This document shows, piece by piece, positions 12,556 through 26,190 of a stretch of 64,000 nucleotides of DNA. Under the pieces are notes generated by a model that searched no databases, was not told the origin of the DNA, and saw only the letters and a list, made by a program, of their open reading frames with translations. The stretch comes from Lobosporangium transversale (taxonomy: Eukaryota). A program made the translations under genes and the position numbers. The first letter of the stretch is position 1, and each line of letters starts with the position of its first letter. The stretch covers positions 620,001 through 684,000 of the forward strand of contig NW_019028979.1 in assembly GCF_002105155.1 (NCBI RefSeq), in the 5' to 3' direction.

Positions 12556-15500
12556 ATGTCCTCATCAAAGAGCGTGGCCACTCCACCACCGCCCCATGGT
12601 AGTGACATTAATGCCACCTGGGCTTTCCTTGAACAAGGCATCGACCAGATCATGAACCGTCTCGAAGATGGACTCACTTATCAACGTTATATGGAGATCT
12701 ACACGTAAGCTTGCCTATTCATTTGGATATTTTCCTTTTGTCATTGATGACCTTAATGGCGCCTGCGCCTCCTTTTTTTTTTGTTGGAAGTGAATGATGT
12801 GAGGGCATTTTTTTTTTTCTCCCGCTTCGTATCATGCAATGATGTTCTGTGTCAGTAGTGGCAAAAAAAAAAAAAAAAAAAAAAAAAAGTGCCATTATTC
12901 TTGTCAGGAAACCTGAGCACATTGCGAAATAAATGACATTTGTTTGGACTATTGTTGCCTTAACCTTTTCTACGTTTTGCTTGTCTATTTTGGCTCCATA
13001 CTGGAATGATTCGTTAACCATCTATTTCTTATTGTTCCCATCCTGGCTCCTACTGTGTGATGAAATCACTTCAGCGTTATCTACAACTATTGTACTACTA
13101 AAGCTACGTCTGATACATTAAACCATTCGATCCAAACACGAGGTATATCTTCAGAACATTCAGATCATCAATTGTATTAACTGCGCTTCCACTCCTATAC
13201 GTCGATCGCGCAAAGACCATGATGTCGTTTTAACGTATATTCCTGATACTGCTGTTAACTTTGTCATCATATAGGTGCAACGCTTGGCGGAAGTGATCTC
13301 TATTCGCATTTGATTCGCTACTTTCAAAAGCATCTTGAGGTCATTCGTAAGGACTCGGAAAAGTTCATGGACGTGTCACTTTTGGAATACTATACCAAGC
13401 AGTGGGTCAAGTTCACAGGAGCCTCCACCTATGTCCACCATTTATTCACGTATCTCAATCGCCATTGGGTTAAACGCGAGATCGACGAGGGTCGCAAGAC
13501 TGTGCATGATGTGGGCACTGTACGTTTGCTACTGTATTACTTACAAGAGACATCTTTGACCATCTTTGATACCACATTAGTTATTGAGTAATGTACGTCA
13601 TGTACTAATTTATTCCAAATTGTATTTCATGCCTGTGCATCTCTAGCTCGCTCTGGTTAGCTGGAAGGATAGCTTGTTTAGTCATGTTGAACGTAACGTT
13701 ATGGCAGCCGTTCTCAAGCTTATCGAGCGTCAACGCAATGGCGAGTCTGTCGAGACAAGTCTTCTGCGAAACGTCGTGGAGTCGTTCGGTTAGTTATTCT
13801 TATCTATTATCTACAAATAGTCTTTTTATACTTTTTTTATTACTTTTTCCTCTCGTACTTGTTCCATGCGCTAATCTTTATCATTTTAATTTATCCTGTT
13901 TGTACCAAACCATCCACCTAGTATCTCTGGGTTTGGACGAAAATGATTCTAAAAAGACAACGCTTGAAGTCTACAGACAGTACTTTGAAAAGCCCTTCGT
14001 CACTGCTACAGAAGTTTATTATAAGATGGAATCTGAAAAATTCTTGAGCGAGAACAGTGTTACTGAGTATATGAAAAAGGTAGGTAAAATGCCAAAGAAT
14101 TTACCATTGGTTGATTTGAGACTGTTTTTCATGATTACTGACTTAGTGTTCCCATGACTCGTTCACATTTCCTAGGCGGAGGCCCGTTTGGCAGAGGAGG
14201 AGAGTCGCGTGCAGATGTATCTTCATGCCAGCACTCACAAGCCTCTTATCTTTACGTGTGAAACAGTGCTCGTTAAAGGCCACACAGAGATTATTTGGGA
14301 GGAATTCCAGAACTTGCTGAACCAGGACAAACAAGAGGACCTCTTCAGAATGTTCTCTCTTTTGCTTCGCATCCCCGAAGGCCTTGATCCACTACGTGCT
14401 CGCTTCGAGGCTCATGTCCGCAAGGCCGGCTTGAGCGCTATTGAAAAAATTGCTGATGAATCAGCAGAAACCTTGGTAAGAATATGATGTGATCTAATGG
14501 ATGAGGTGCATTTGAATTTATGAAGCAATGGTTTATTGATTCTAATATCATTCATGTTCATTTGCATTTTTTCAGGAACCTAAAGTGTATGTGGACGCCC
14601 TACTGGAAGTTCACAAAAAATACAATGATCTTGTACAGACCGCTTTCCGTGGTGAAGCCGGATTTGTGGCGTCGTTGGATAAAGCTTGTCGAGAGTTTGT
14701 CAATAGAAACAAAATTTGCAAGTCCTCTTCATCAAAGTCACCTGAAATGCTGGCACGCTACTGTGATTCCTTGTTGCGTAAGAGCTCCAAGAACCCCGAA
14801 GAGAATGATTTGGAAGACATTTTGACCAGCATTGTAGGTCTATCGATCTTCTCGTTGGCATGCTTCTGTCTATAAAGACACGTAAAAAGATCTTTGATCT
14901 TTAAAGTCTACTGGCCCTAACATTATTTTCTTCGTTACTTTATCAATGGTCTCAATAGATGACAGTGTTCAAGTACGTAGAAGACAAGGATGTGTTTCAA
15001 AAATTCTACTCCAAGATGCTTGCTAAGCGTCTTGTGAATGATACTTCGGCCTCGGATGATGCAGAAGCTGGAATGATCTCAAGGTTGAAAGAAGCTTGCG
15101 GATTTGAGTACACGGCTAAACTTCAGCGTATGTTCACAGATATGGGCCTATCTAAAGAGTTGAATGATCAATTCAGAGATAAGATGAATCAGAACCATGA
15201 TGCGTCTGAAAATACGGTGGACTTTTCTATTCTTGTACTGGGCACAGCATCATGGCCATTGCAGCCTCCCAGTACATCGTTCAACTTGCCAGATGATGTT
15301 GTCAAGACCTATGAGCGCTTCCAAGCGTTTTACCAGGATAAGCATCAGGGTCGTAAACTGAATTGGCTCTTTCAGCTGTCTAAAGCTGACTTGAAGACAA
15401 ATTATATTAAAGCCAGCAAGACTGGCTATACTTTCCAGACTTCCACTTATCAAATGGGCATTTTGCTGCAATACAACAGTGGCCTCTCTTATACATTAGA

Positions 15501-16066
15501 GGAACTGCAGACACAAACAAACCTCAATTCGGACATTTTGGCCGGCGCATTAGGAATCTTGGTCAAGGCAAAGGTTCTCTTGCTGGAGAACGGAAAAAAT
15601 GTTGGAGATGCTGGCACGAGATATGAGCTAAACACTGAATTTAAGAGGTATGCAACAAACAACCTTTTTATTTCTTTTCTTGTGAAATGTCAAATTCAAA
15701 TATTCAAATACTCAAAGTTTACCTCTCCTCCTTTATTTCTGTTGGCTAACGATATAATATAATAGTAAAAAGATTCGCGTGAATTTGAACTTGCCTCTCA
15801 AAGCGGAGCAAAAGATAGAGACGGAAGAGACACACAAGACAATTGAAGAGGACCGCAAGCTGGTGATGCAGGCAGCGATTGTCCGTATTATGAAGACTCG
15901 TAAGGTGATGAAGCACGTAGCCCTGATGAATGAGGTTATTACGCAACTTCAGTCTCGTTTCAAGCCTCGTGTGCCTGATATCAAGAAGTGTATTGATGTT
16001 CTCTTGGATAAGGAGTATATCGAGCGCGTGGAAGGACAGAAAGACATGTTCTCTTATGTTGCCTAA
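12556..16066 (+). CDS. CUL1: Cullin-1 (Cdc53), spliced
   Basis: [38 protein letters not shown], neddylation region [12 protein letters not shown]-terminus FSYVA. Confidence 0.96.
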
Positions 16067-16418
16067 GTAAAAGAGAAGAGAAAAGAAAAAGAAAGAAAAA
16101 AGAAAGAAAAAAAAAGAAAAAAAAGAATAAATAATAAAACTAAAGTTCTAGTCTATCTAATGTTTGCATATTGAAAGATGTGGTGTCGATGGTGGCTAAA
16201 AAAAAAAAAAAAAAAAAAAAAAAAACGAAGCGATCATCTTATTCAGTCCAATCAACCTTTGCATTAGTTCTTTCTAAGCTTGCTACTTTATTAGGAAAAG
16301 GTATTCTTAATGTCTCCATCTACTCGGAGTATTGGAGATATGAAGGGATAGATTATGTTGTGTTGATTATAAGAATGATATGCAAAGGACATGAACCTGA
16401 TTATTATTATTGTTATTG

Positions 16419-18053
16419 TTACTTGGTGCCTGCTGCTGTAGAGGACCCTTCCGAATGGTTGATAACATGAATACTACCTAGCATCACTGGAGTGGTTGTA
16501 TCGCGGCCATGGCGGACTTGACCGGCTTCGAGATCTATTTCATTGACTTCGTACTTTTGGGGTGAAAAGTGCTGCACATCCGTGCTGCTAGACTGTGAAT
16601 GCTGCTTGGATCGATGATCAACCACCAGTTCTTCCCAGCGAGATCCCGGAGTGCCATCTTCAGACTGATGCATACGAAGATCCAAGCCATCACACCAGCG
16701 AATAGCTCCAGTCAGCCAGACGTTGTATTGCATGGGTACAAAGGCTACACGATCATACTCGCCTCGGTCGTAGCCAATACCAGGTCCACGGATGCGATTC
16801 AGGCGGTGTTGGAGCTGGGCCTTCTTGGTGGCAAAACCCGAAGTAGTCGATTTGGCCATTGCTGTCGTGTCGCCGTTCACGGCCTCCTTTTCATCTAGGT
16901 TACCGCTCTCCAAATCATTTTCATATTGCTTCTCTTGTTCATTGATTTCTGCCCAGCGATCGTCGAAAACGATGTACTTCTCATGATTGCGTCGGATGCC
17001 AAAGTATTCCTTCTCCATTACTACGTCGATCGTAGCCATATAAAGCGACCAAACAGCATAGGTGATAAAGACAGCCAGAACAACATCAACAGTATAGTGA
17101 AGACGAGTTGCTACGACAAAGTAGAGGCCAACTGTGATGTAGATGTACGTAAAATAAGTGATCCATCTATTTCGGCAATAGAGACGCCACTGAATAGCAC
17201 AAGTAACCCTACATAATAGCAGAGGAAAAAAAAAAAAGAAAAAAGAAAAAAAAATCAGCAAGGTGCAATTATAAAAAAGAGACGCGAATGACAACAGAAA
17301 GAGATGCATTCATAGGTTAGAAGAATAACGCGTGGATTCGCAAGATGCTTACATAAAGACCGTGTGTCCAGAAAAGATGTCATCAGTACAGGCCTGGACT
17401 GTTCCTGGAATCATTTGCAAAGCGATCCACAACATGGGTCCAAATCCTCGCTTAGTCGCAGGGACGCAGTCTACCTTGGGCGTAGGCATGGTGGTAACTG
17501 AAAGGGTGAGGGCACGAAGGATACTGAGTGTACCTACGACCCAGAAGACTCTTCTTATAGCAATAATACGGGCAGTCCAGGTAGGGCAAATCAAGGCTAC
17601 ACCGACGAGCGTAAAGATAACGGAGGTCATGACAAAGACGTTGGCAGGCGTAATATCCTTTTGAGCAGGAAAGATGTCAAAACCTCGGTCTTCAAGATAA
17701 ATTTCTCTGTAGTTTGTGGTGACCCAACGATGGTCCGAAAACTGGTTACAAAAGGCCATACCAATACAGATGACCACAAAATAGATAAGACCAAAGAAGG
17801 CCCGACCAAGCTCCGAATTAACAAAACGACTCCAACATCCCCTGTTGCTTGATTTATGATGTGATGTGACCAATTCAACGTCGTTAGGCTGATCCGAGCT
17901 AGAGTAAGGACGAGACCCTGAAGGTGATTCTGTTGAAGGGTTTCCAACCATGGTTGTGTTGCTGTGCCTGTTAAGCATCTCCTTATTTGTAGGCGTCTGT
18001 AACGAGTCAATAGAGCTTAGTTGTTCTGTGCGCGTGGCAGCGAGTGAAGCCAT
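16419..18053 (-). CDS. Sphingomyelin-synthase-like (PAP2_C) membrane phosphotransferase, 2 coding exons
   Basis: Several hydrophobic helices; CTDDIFSGHT and RLHYTVDV match SMS-family catalytic motifs. Confidence 0.82.
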
Positions 18054-19972
18054 TTTTTATTTTATTTTTTTCTTTAGCTTTGTTGTAATGATCTTCTCTT
18101 TCTAAAAATGAGTTTAGGTAGAATACAAGAGAGAGAATGGGGTATGATGAGCGGTCTTGTATCAGTTTTGTTGGTGGGTTTAGAATGATAAAGGTCATGG
18201 AAACTGCAATGGGAAAAAAGAGAGAAGGTGGGTCAAGGATTTGACCGAGGAGGATGAAAAGACATTTTTATCAGGCAGGGCAAGTTAGGAATGGAACGAC
18301 GAGCAATGTGAGATGTATAATCCGCACGATACGGATGCAAGAAATAAAGACGCCAACGGCCACACAACGATTCGAAGGAAATTTTCTTTCGATGAGATAA
18401 AGGGGGAAAGGGAGTATCGCCCATGTATTTGTTTGTTTGTTGGTTGTGCATGGAAAGAGCTATTTCTGAAGGCCAAATTAAAAAAGAATGACTAGACATG
18501 CCCCACACACCATCCACCATCCAAGAAAGTATTCATGGCGGCACGCTATTCAGACAACAGCCACAGGGCTTGTGTAGCGTCTATTTGATAATTCTTAGGA
18601 GGTTTTTTGGAGTTGCCAAACATGGCTGAAGTCTATTTCTCAATCCAATCTTATTAAAGATTCTACCAACCACAACAGCCAACAGGGGGCGTAAAAAAAT
18701 GAAATTCTTTGAAAGAGTCAACAGGATGATTGTTGTGTGGGTTAAAAAACAAAGCAGAATGTAATACATGAGCAATCACAGTATGCACATTTATAAAGAC
18801 TGCATTCAGATGGTGAACTGGCTCGACTGTTTGGAGTTGTGTGGTATGAATAATCTTTCCAAATAAACCGTTACATGAATACATGTATATTTTTTTTTTT
18901 TTTTTTTTTTTTAGATCTTCTTTTATGAGAGAATTATGAATGTTTTAATTCTTTTTTTAACTTTTTTTTATAGACAAATGTATATGAAGAGCCAGGAAGG
19001 AAGGGTGTACAGGGCGGAACGAATCATCTGACAGGCCAAAATCAACTGACGGACCAAATCTTACAATTATGAATGATGACAAAGGTGGTGTGAGTGAAGT
19101 TGAAGTAGTACAGATGATGGACGCAATGACTTCAACCACACGTAGAAACAGTAATAAAAAAGAAAGAAAAAGAAAATATCGATTGGGATAATGGAGAACT
19201 AAAAAAGGATGGTAATGAGTGATGGCAAATGGTTGAAGTAACTCACCAAGGGAGGAAGAAAGTTCAAAGTCAATCCCAGACCACAGATGAGGCAATGGAG
19301 AAGAGCTTGATGAGAATGAGTAGAGAGGGAAAGAGGAAAGAGAAGAGGAAAGAGAGGGAAAAGGGAAGGAGGAGGGAGAAGGAGGAGGGAGAAGAAAGAG
19401 AGAGAGAGAGAGAGAAGAGAGGGAAGAGAGGAAGAGGACAAAGAAAGGGTTGAGGTGTAACCCAAAGTGATGGTACCTGAGACTATGGAGAAAGATATAG
19501 GACTATACCATAGAAAGACATGATAAAAATATTTCTTTGTTTCTAATTTAAAATATTTAATTTAAATTGCTTTTTACTTTTTACTTCACGTATGAACATG
19601 CAGAACATGCATGCATACTTTTCACACAGATCGGCTCTCTCTCTTCTCTTCTCTTCTCTTCTCTTCTCTTCTTTCCTTTCCTCTTCCCTTTCCGTCAAGA
19701 AAGGAATTCAGTTCTATCAAACGTGAATTCCAACCATCGTGTTGATCCATGTTCCTTTAGAATTGTTTGACTAAGAAAATGGAAATACCAAAGTTCAAAA
19801 AGTAAACCTTATCTCAAATGAGCAAACTCACAATCAGTATCCACATAACAGCGCAGCGCAAATGGAGCTTATCACGTGGATAGCCCGTGACTAGCCCCTA
19901 CACCACCCTATTATGATAACCTTTATCAAAAGCAAGTTCTTTTTTTTTTGCATCAATCACAGATTATTCTTC

Positions 19973-21121
19973 ATGACATCCAAACAAGACGAAAACTTTG
20001 ATCTATACGACGATCCTTACGCGGCGTCAGCTGGAAATGGGGGCGCAGATCCCTATGCAGAGGATGATGATGACTATTATCACAGCAGTCATGGAGACCG
20101 CGGACGAGGAGGCTACAATGATGGTGCAGATGCAAATGATGATCAGTCTCGCTTCCAGAACTCTCGAGAAAATCATGACAACAGCTCTCGGTACAAAGCA
20201 GACGACTATGGTGGCTCGTATGGCCAAGAGAAGAATCAGCAGAATCAGTATCAAGCTCCTGACTCTACTGGTGGGTATGATCCAGCAGAGCCATATCATC
20301 AACGAAATGCTGCCTATCAACCCCAACAACAACAATCGCCACTAGCACAACAACCACAGTCTCAACAGCAGCAGCAACAGCAACAACAGCAACAGCAACA
20401 ACAGCAGCAACAACAGCAACAGCAACAACAGCAGCGACAACAAGTGCCTCTACAATATACAAGATCTCAACAAGGCTCAAATTATAATTCTGACGGAGGA
20501 ATCTATAATCAACAACAACGTCAACAACAACCTCAGCAGTCCACGGGTTCTGGCGGACGCGAGCTTGGGTAAGATGATGACATTAAATGAATATTGACTG
20601 ATTTCTCATTACTACTCTCTGGACGATAAAAGGAATCAAAGCATTCCAAAGCACTACTTTGGTTTTTGGAAAGCGTCACAGCAGGAGTTGCGGGTCTCAG
20701 CCTTACCAAATCATCGCCTTTGAGATGTACAGCAGGGTAGTAGGCAATGGTTGGTAGAGGGGAAATAGTGTGCAGCCGGAATCTCACCCTTTTCACAGGA
20801 TCGAGTATAGTTGGCATAACATTTTTGTTTACTCTATGCCCTAACGAGAGAATCGCCAGCGAGTGTGTTGGTTAGCTATCTACGAACTAGTCTCACTTTT
20901 CACTTTCATACTTTGCATATACAACATTCGCTTTACCTCTTCTTATTCGTCACTTTGCTCATCCCTGTAACATCCTACCACACCAGCTGCTTCCTAGAGA
21001 AAACCCCTGTCTTTTTTTTATATTATCGATCTATTTTTTGAGAGACATAGGCATAGCTATCTAATGGGCCAACTCAGTAATAGTTATGCAGAGACAGACA
21101 GATACACAGAAAAAAACAGTT

Positions 21122-21156
<35 letters not shown>

Positions 21157-23160
21157 TTCAGAGATATAAGATAGGTCGTGTAGAAGTTATACACACAATC
21201 CTAATGAAGCAAAAATGATTTCACTCAGGTAGCTAATCGGACTCCTCCCTTTTTTCCCTTTTTAACCCTGCTATGCTGCTCTTATGATATGCCACGCCTG
21301 CAATATTTGGGTCGTCCCCTTCATGCATTGTTCAAATACATCTTTCTGATGGTCTTCTCTTTTATCACGAAATGGTGTGCTCTGGGCATTGTACTACGAT
21401 TCCACGTCTGTGCAAAAAAAAAAAAAAAAAAAAAAAAAATGCATATAATGATAATGATTTTACAGCAAGATGTTTATTGGCGGCTTGAATTGGGAAACCA
21501 CAGATGGTAAGTGTACTATTGATAGGAGTTATATTGAACGAATGCTTTTCTTGCTTTGTTGCAAGGAATATTACCTGATAAGCAGTTTTATTTACTCCTG
21601 GATTTGGTAGAGAGCTTGAAAACATACTTTTCGCGTTATGGTGAACTGACAGACTGTATGGTCATGAAGGATCCTATCTCCAACAAGTCCCGTGGATTTG
21701 GTTTTTTGACATTTTTGGATCCAAAGCATGTAGATGATGTGTTGAAGGAAGACCATTATTTAGATGGCAAGATGGTAACGATAAAACTTATTACTCTGGA
21801 CGTCCTATTCACGTCTTTGAGGCATGCTATCATTATCATTATCACTATCACTTCATCGATCAATCCTGACACTGTCTTATTCGTACTTGCCTAGATTGAC
21901 CCTAAACGAGCTATTCCACGAGAGGAACAGGAAAAAACGGAAAAGATTTTCGTCGGAGGCATTGCGCCAGACGTAACGGAGGAAGAGTTTGCAAACTACT
22001 TTTCACAGTTCGGACATGTCCTTGATGCCACACTCATGCTTGACCGTGCCACAGGACGTCCCCGCGGCTTTGGTTTCATTACCTTTGAGGACGACCGTTG
22101 GGTAGAAGCAGCTCTCAGTAGACGTGATCTCATGTTGCATGACAAACCGGTAGGTCATATTATCCGCTATTTATTTATTTATTTTTTTAAAAGAACTCTC
22201 CAATATGGTCAATAACGGTTGGCGCCTCTTTTCACCTTTTTAAATTTAAATTTTGTTTCCCGTATTTAATAGATCGAGGTCAAAAGAGCACAGCCAAAAC
22301 ATCGTGCCGATACAAGAGGCGGTGGTGGCTTTGGAGGGTCAGGATACGGTGGTGGTGGGCAAGGAAATCTTGGCGGCTATGGTGGCGGCCAAGGCGGCTA
22401 TGGTGGTGGAATGGGAGGCAGCGGACGAAACTATAGCATGGAGGCGATGGGTATGATGGGAGGCGCTGGTTTTAATCCTGGCTTTAGCGGCGGTGCTGGA
22501 GGTACAGATCCTTACCAGACTATGGGTGCCTATGCTGCCGCGGCTGCGCGCTATGGAGCGAACCCAGCCGCAGCAGCCGCAGCCGCAGCACTAGCGCAAC
22601 GGTATCGCATGGCAGCAGCAGCAGCAGCAGCAGCATATGGTGGCGCTGGAGGAGCAGGTGCTGGAGGAGCAAATGCTGGTATGAACAATAATGCTGGTGG
22701 AGGTGGTGGTGGATATGACCCTACTGTTGCTTTGTCTGCATTCTATCGCCAGCAATTCGGATATGGAAATGCAGCAGGTGGAGCGGGTGGAGGAGCAGGA
22801 GGGGGAGGGAATTCTGGTGGAACCCAAGGGGGCTACAATGCAAATAATACTGCAAGCTATGGCGACCAAGACTCTGGCAACAATCAATCGTCTCAGAGAC
22901 GGTATGGATTGCAAGATGGATCTTCCGGCTCTGGCTACAATAATAGCGGGGGTTCCCCGTATGGTGGGAATGATTCACGGGGAAGTGGCGGTAGCGGCTA
23001 CGGCACAGGACGTAACGCATCTAGTTCTGGTGGGGGTCGTCAGGGTAATTCTTCTGGCGGTCCCGTGCGTGGTGGAGCTAGTGGCAGTGGAAGTGGTGGT
23101 GGCACATCATCTTCAGGTCATGGACGAGGAGGTGGATCATATCATCCATACCAACGTTGA
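19973..23160 (+). CDS. HRP1: Two-RRM RNA-binding protein, Hrp1/Musashi/hnRNP A-like, with Q-rich N-terminus and G-rich tail
   Basis: KMFIGGLNWETT, SRGFGFLTF, IDPKRAIP, KIFVGG, RGFGFITF; C-terminal PY-NLS-like RGGGSYHPYQR. Confidence 0.85.
20364..20434 (+). repeat. Mixed CAA/CAG trinucleotide repeat encoding poly-Q
   Basis: Uninterrupted CAA/CAG codons in exon 1 of the RRM gene. Confidence 0.9.
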
Positions 23161-23473
23161 GCAAGGCTACCTCTGAGGCCCATACTTTTATAGTTTAGTG
23201 CATCGACAGTTTTTTTTTCTTCGTAATTCAGTGCATTTGATATTTGTTGAAATCAGGGTGCATAACCAAATGTGATTACTATGTATTTCGTGTGTTTGAT
23301 TTATGAGCTATTATTACAAGTGCTGCTTGTCCTGTTCCTATTCTTGCCTCTACTGTATCCCTTTTTCTCCTCGACCATTAGTTTACAATGCTATGAAGAC
23401 ATTATACGAAAGCATTTCTCCTGACGAAGCCCGTAGGATTTACTCTTGCTCCACCTTTCTACTTGTGGCATCT

Positions 23474-24774
23474 TCAATTTGTATCATTCTGATACAAGCC
23501 CTGTTCATAAATATAATCGATCACTGCTGTAGGTAAAAGGTACTTGATCGACATGCCCCTACGAATGAACAGTCTATGAAACACATTTTTACAAAAATAA
23601 GCTCATAAGAATATACCCAAGAAGACACACAATTTAATTGATCGAATGTTGTTCATGACTTGCCTGATTTTCGTGGAGCTAATATCGTTATAGATGAGTT
23701 GCTTGATTACGAAGACATTGTGTCGATGCTTGTAAAGAACGTCATGAGATAACAAGAACTCATACACATCTGATCCTGTCCTTTCCAAAATAAGGCATCC
23801 ATATTTTCCAATAATGTGATGAAGCTATGCGTAACATTAGGGAAAAAAAAAACAAAACAAAAAGCATGTGTTGGCCTTTGATTACATTTTCAACTCGAAC
23901 TAACTCAAACTCTTAAAGTGTAGTAGATATAATTTAACATACATCAGCCGTTGCCCACACATCGGGTGCAGCAAAGGACTGCACTAAGTCTCCACCAGCA
24001 AGGAGCATGATTTTGATGGGCTTGTATTCACCTAAACGATAATTGTGTTATAAAAAATGTTTTCAGGATTTTGATGAAAGAAAGAGATCATCCCAACGGT
24101 ACCAAATATTATTAGTACACAGGCCAACCGTAGATCACATACCATTCTTCAGCCTAATACCACCTTCGCCATCAGCACCATTGAGCTCTGCCTGAAAATG
24201 ATCAAGCACAATGGCAGTTCTCTGGTAGCTGGTCTGTAGACTCTCCCAACTGTCGACCATGAGCCACGAGCTCGATTTCTCTACTGCCAACTCACACATA
24301 CGCACTCTGTGTCTTGCTTCGGCCAGACCTTGTTTTTGATAAAAGTCGGATACTGGCGAAAAATATCCCGCCAAGATTTCGAAATTAGTGTTTTCCATAA
24401 CATGGTCCCTGGCCATTTCTACAGCAGACAGTCAACAAATACAAAATAGATGATAAGAATCAATTGGTGTTTCTGATACGTTTAGATTTCAAAATATTGA
24501 GCAACGACAGAGTTTCTTTATAATAGAGGATCATGAAATACCAAACATTCGCAGATGCAGATATGTGATGGGAGAGAAAGATCCACATGCAACGATTACT
24601 AACGGCGTCTTGGTTTCGTCTAAGAGAAGTATGACCAAGGAGCATAGAGAAACAGAGAAACGTTAAGTATGATTTTTAGATGCCATTTAATCATTGGTTA
24701 CTTCCATGGCATCAGACCACAGCACAGTGGCGTGCCCACATAGAGCAAAGTATGATTTAGCCTGTAAAGCAATG

Positions 24775-24805
<31 letters not shown>

Positions 24806-25390
24806 CGAGGTACAGAGCATTACATCGTACCATTCATTTGAAGTGGCAGACGGTCTCGCGGGAAGGTGTACTTGGAATTATCGAAGAACTCTGTGGACCC
24901 ATAGGCCTCAGTGTGTCGTCGATCTGAGGAGCTAAAAATGGTTTTCAAAGAGAGTTTTGCTTAGTATTAGTCATTGGTCAAAAAAAATAAAAAGTTAAAG
25001 CAAAGAGACCCTTGCTGATGAATAAGACTAATCAATCTGGTATAATTGTTGGTGAAATATATCTCTTCTTGCGTATCCGTGGGTGAACGAATTCATTATT
25101 GATAGTGATATTTAATTTGCCATTAGGACAGAAGGAATTGTATGTATTCAATATGACAATGCCAATAATGATATCGATAATGCAACGCAGAGGTAGATCA
25201 GAACGTATTCTGTTGGGTATTGGGGCTTGGGCTGACCAATAGAGGCCAGGAGAGGAAGAAAGAGAGAGAACGGGGAAACGAGAAAAAGAAACAGTCAATG
25301 GACAACAGAATGAGTAGGTTGGGATGTGAACTGAGAAACATGCCTGTTAAGATTCCAGATGTTATCATCCACTGGCATGGGAGGAGGCAT
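23474..25390 (-). CDS. NMA1: Nicotinamide/nicotinate mononucleotide adenylyltransferase (exons 25390-25344, 24931-24831, 24619-24542, 24418-24143, 24031-23943, 23824-23664, 23573-23474)
   Basis: KTPLVIVACGSFSPITYLHLRMFE, HRVRMCELA, LLAGGDL, NDISSTKIRLFIRRGMSIKYLLP. Exon 1 is less certain because it uses a GC donor. Confidence 0.93.
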
Positions 25391-26141
25391 CGCAAAAAAA
25401 AAAAAGATAAAATAAAAAAAAAAAAAAAAAAAGAGTAAATGAACAAGGTAGACGGATCGATGGAGTAGAAAGAATGCGTGAACAATGATAAAAGGGCAAA
25501 AGCGTGGAGAGTAGTGAAGGTGAATGGTAAAAAAAGAGAAGAGAAGAAAAAAGGGACAGCACAGCCAGCCAAATGGCTTTTTTGCACTGTGCTTGAGGGT
25601 CTGACTTGAAGCGATTTCAGTGGCAAAAAACTTTGAATGTCTAATTAGGCCAGTCATGTTTGGCCACAGATTTGCGTCTTGATGCGAATTGGTCTGTTGC
25701 TTATTGCTGTAAAGCACAAATATGATCTCAAGTGGATCAAATGGATTAAAATGGACCCCAGCCCGCCTGTAGTGCGGGGAGGGACACTAGATCTTGTTAT
25801 ACTCATATACTCAACTGTCTATCATAAACTATGGTTCCGGTCAGACCCGTAAGATTACGGAAATCATGAACATTGCAGGAGGATGGATATCTTCCATACG
25901 TCCATACGACACAATATTAACGTGGATTAGGAGATACATTGAGAGAGAAGCTAACTTGTGCTGCTTACTTCGGGGTCGCTCTTTGATTGTGTACGTTGTG
26001 TCTTGGAAAACACTCCAGCTTTCGGAATTTAGACGCACCCATCCAATTTTTTACATTTATCCTGCACGACTGCACCCTAGCAAAGCAGGTCGTCTGACTT
26101 CAAAGTTAGGCAGATATTATTTCACAAAGTCGCATGCATTT

Positions 26142-26176
<35 letters not shown>

Positions 26177-26190
26177 GTAGGATTCAAAAT

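Noticed and set aside
19199..19465. ORFs in the GA-rich tract
   Set aside because: Low-complexity purine/pyrimidine promoter-type sequence, not coding.
20574..20601. ATGATGA...CTGA resembling C/D snoRNA boxes
   Set aside because: Only about 28 nt in span and abutting the splice donor; no guide sequence recognised.
149..25390. Possible NAD/ADP-ribose gene cluster (ARH plus NMNAT)
   Set aside because: The genes are over 20 kb apart with unrelated housekeeping genes between them.
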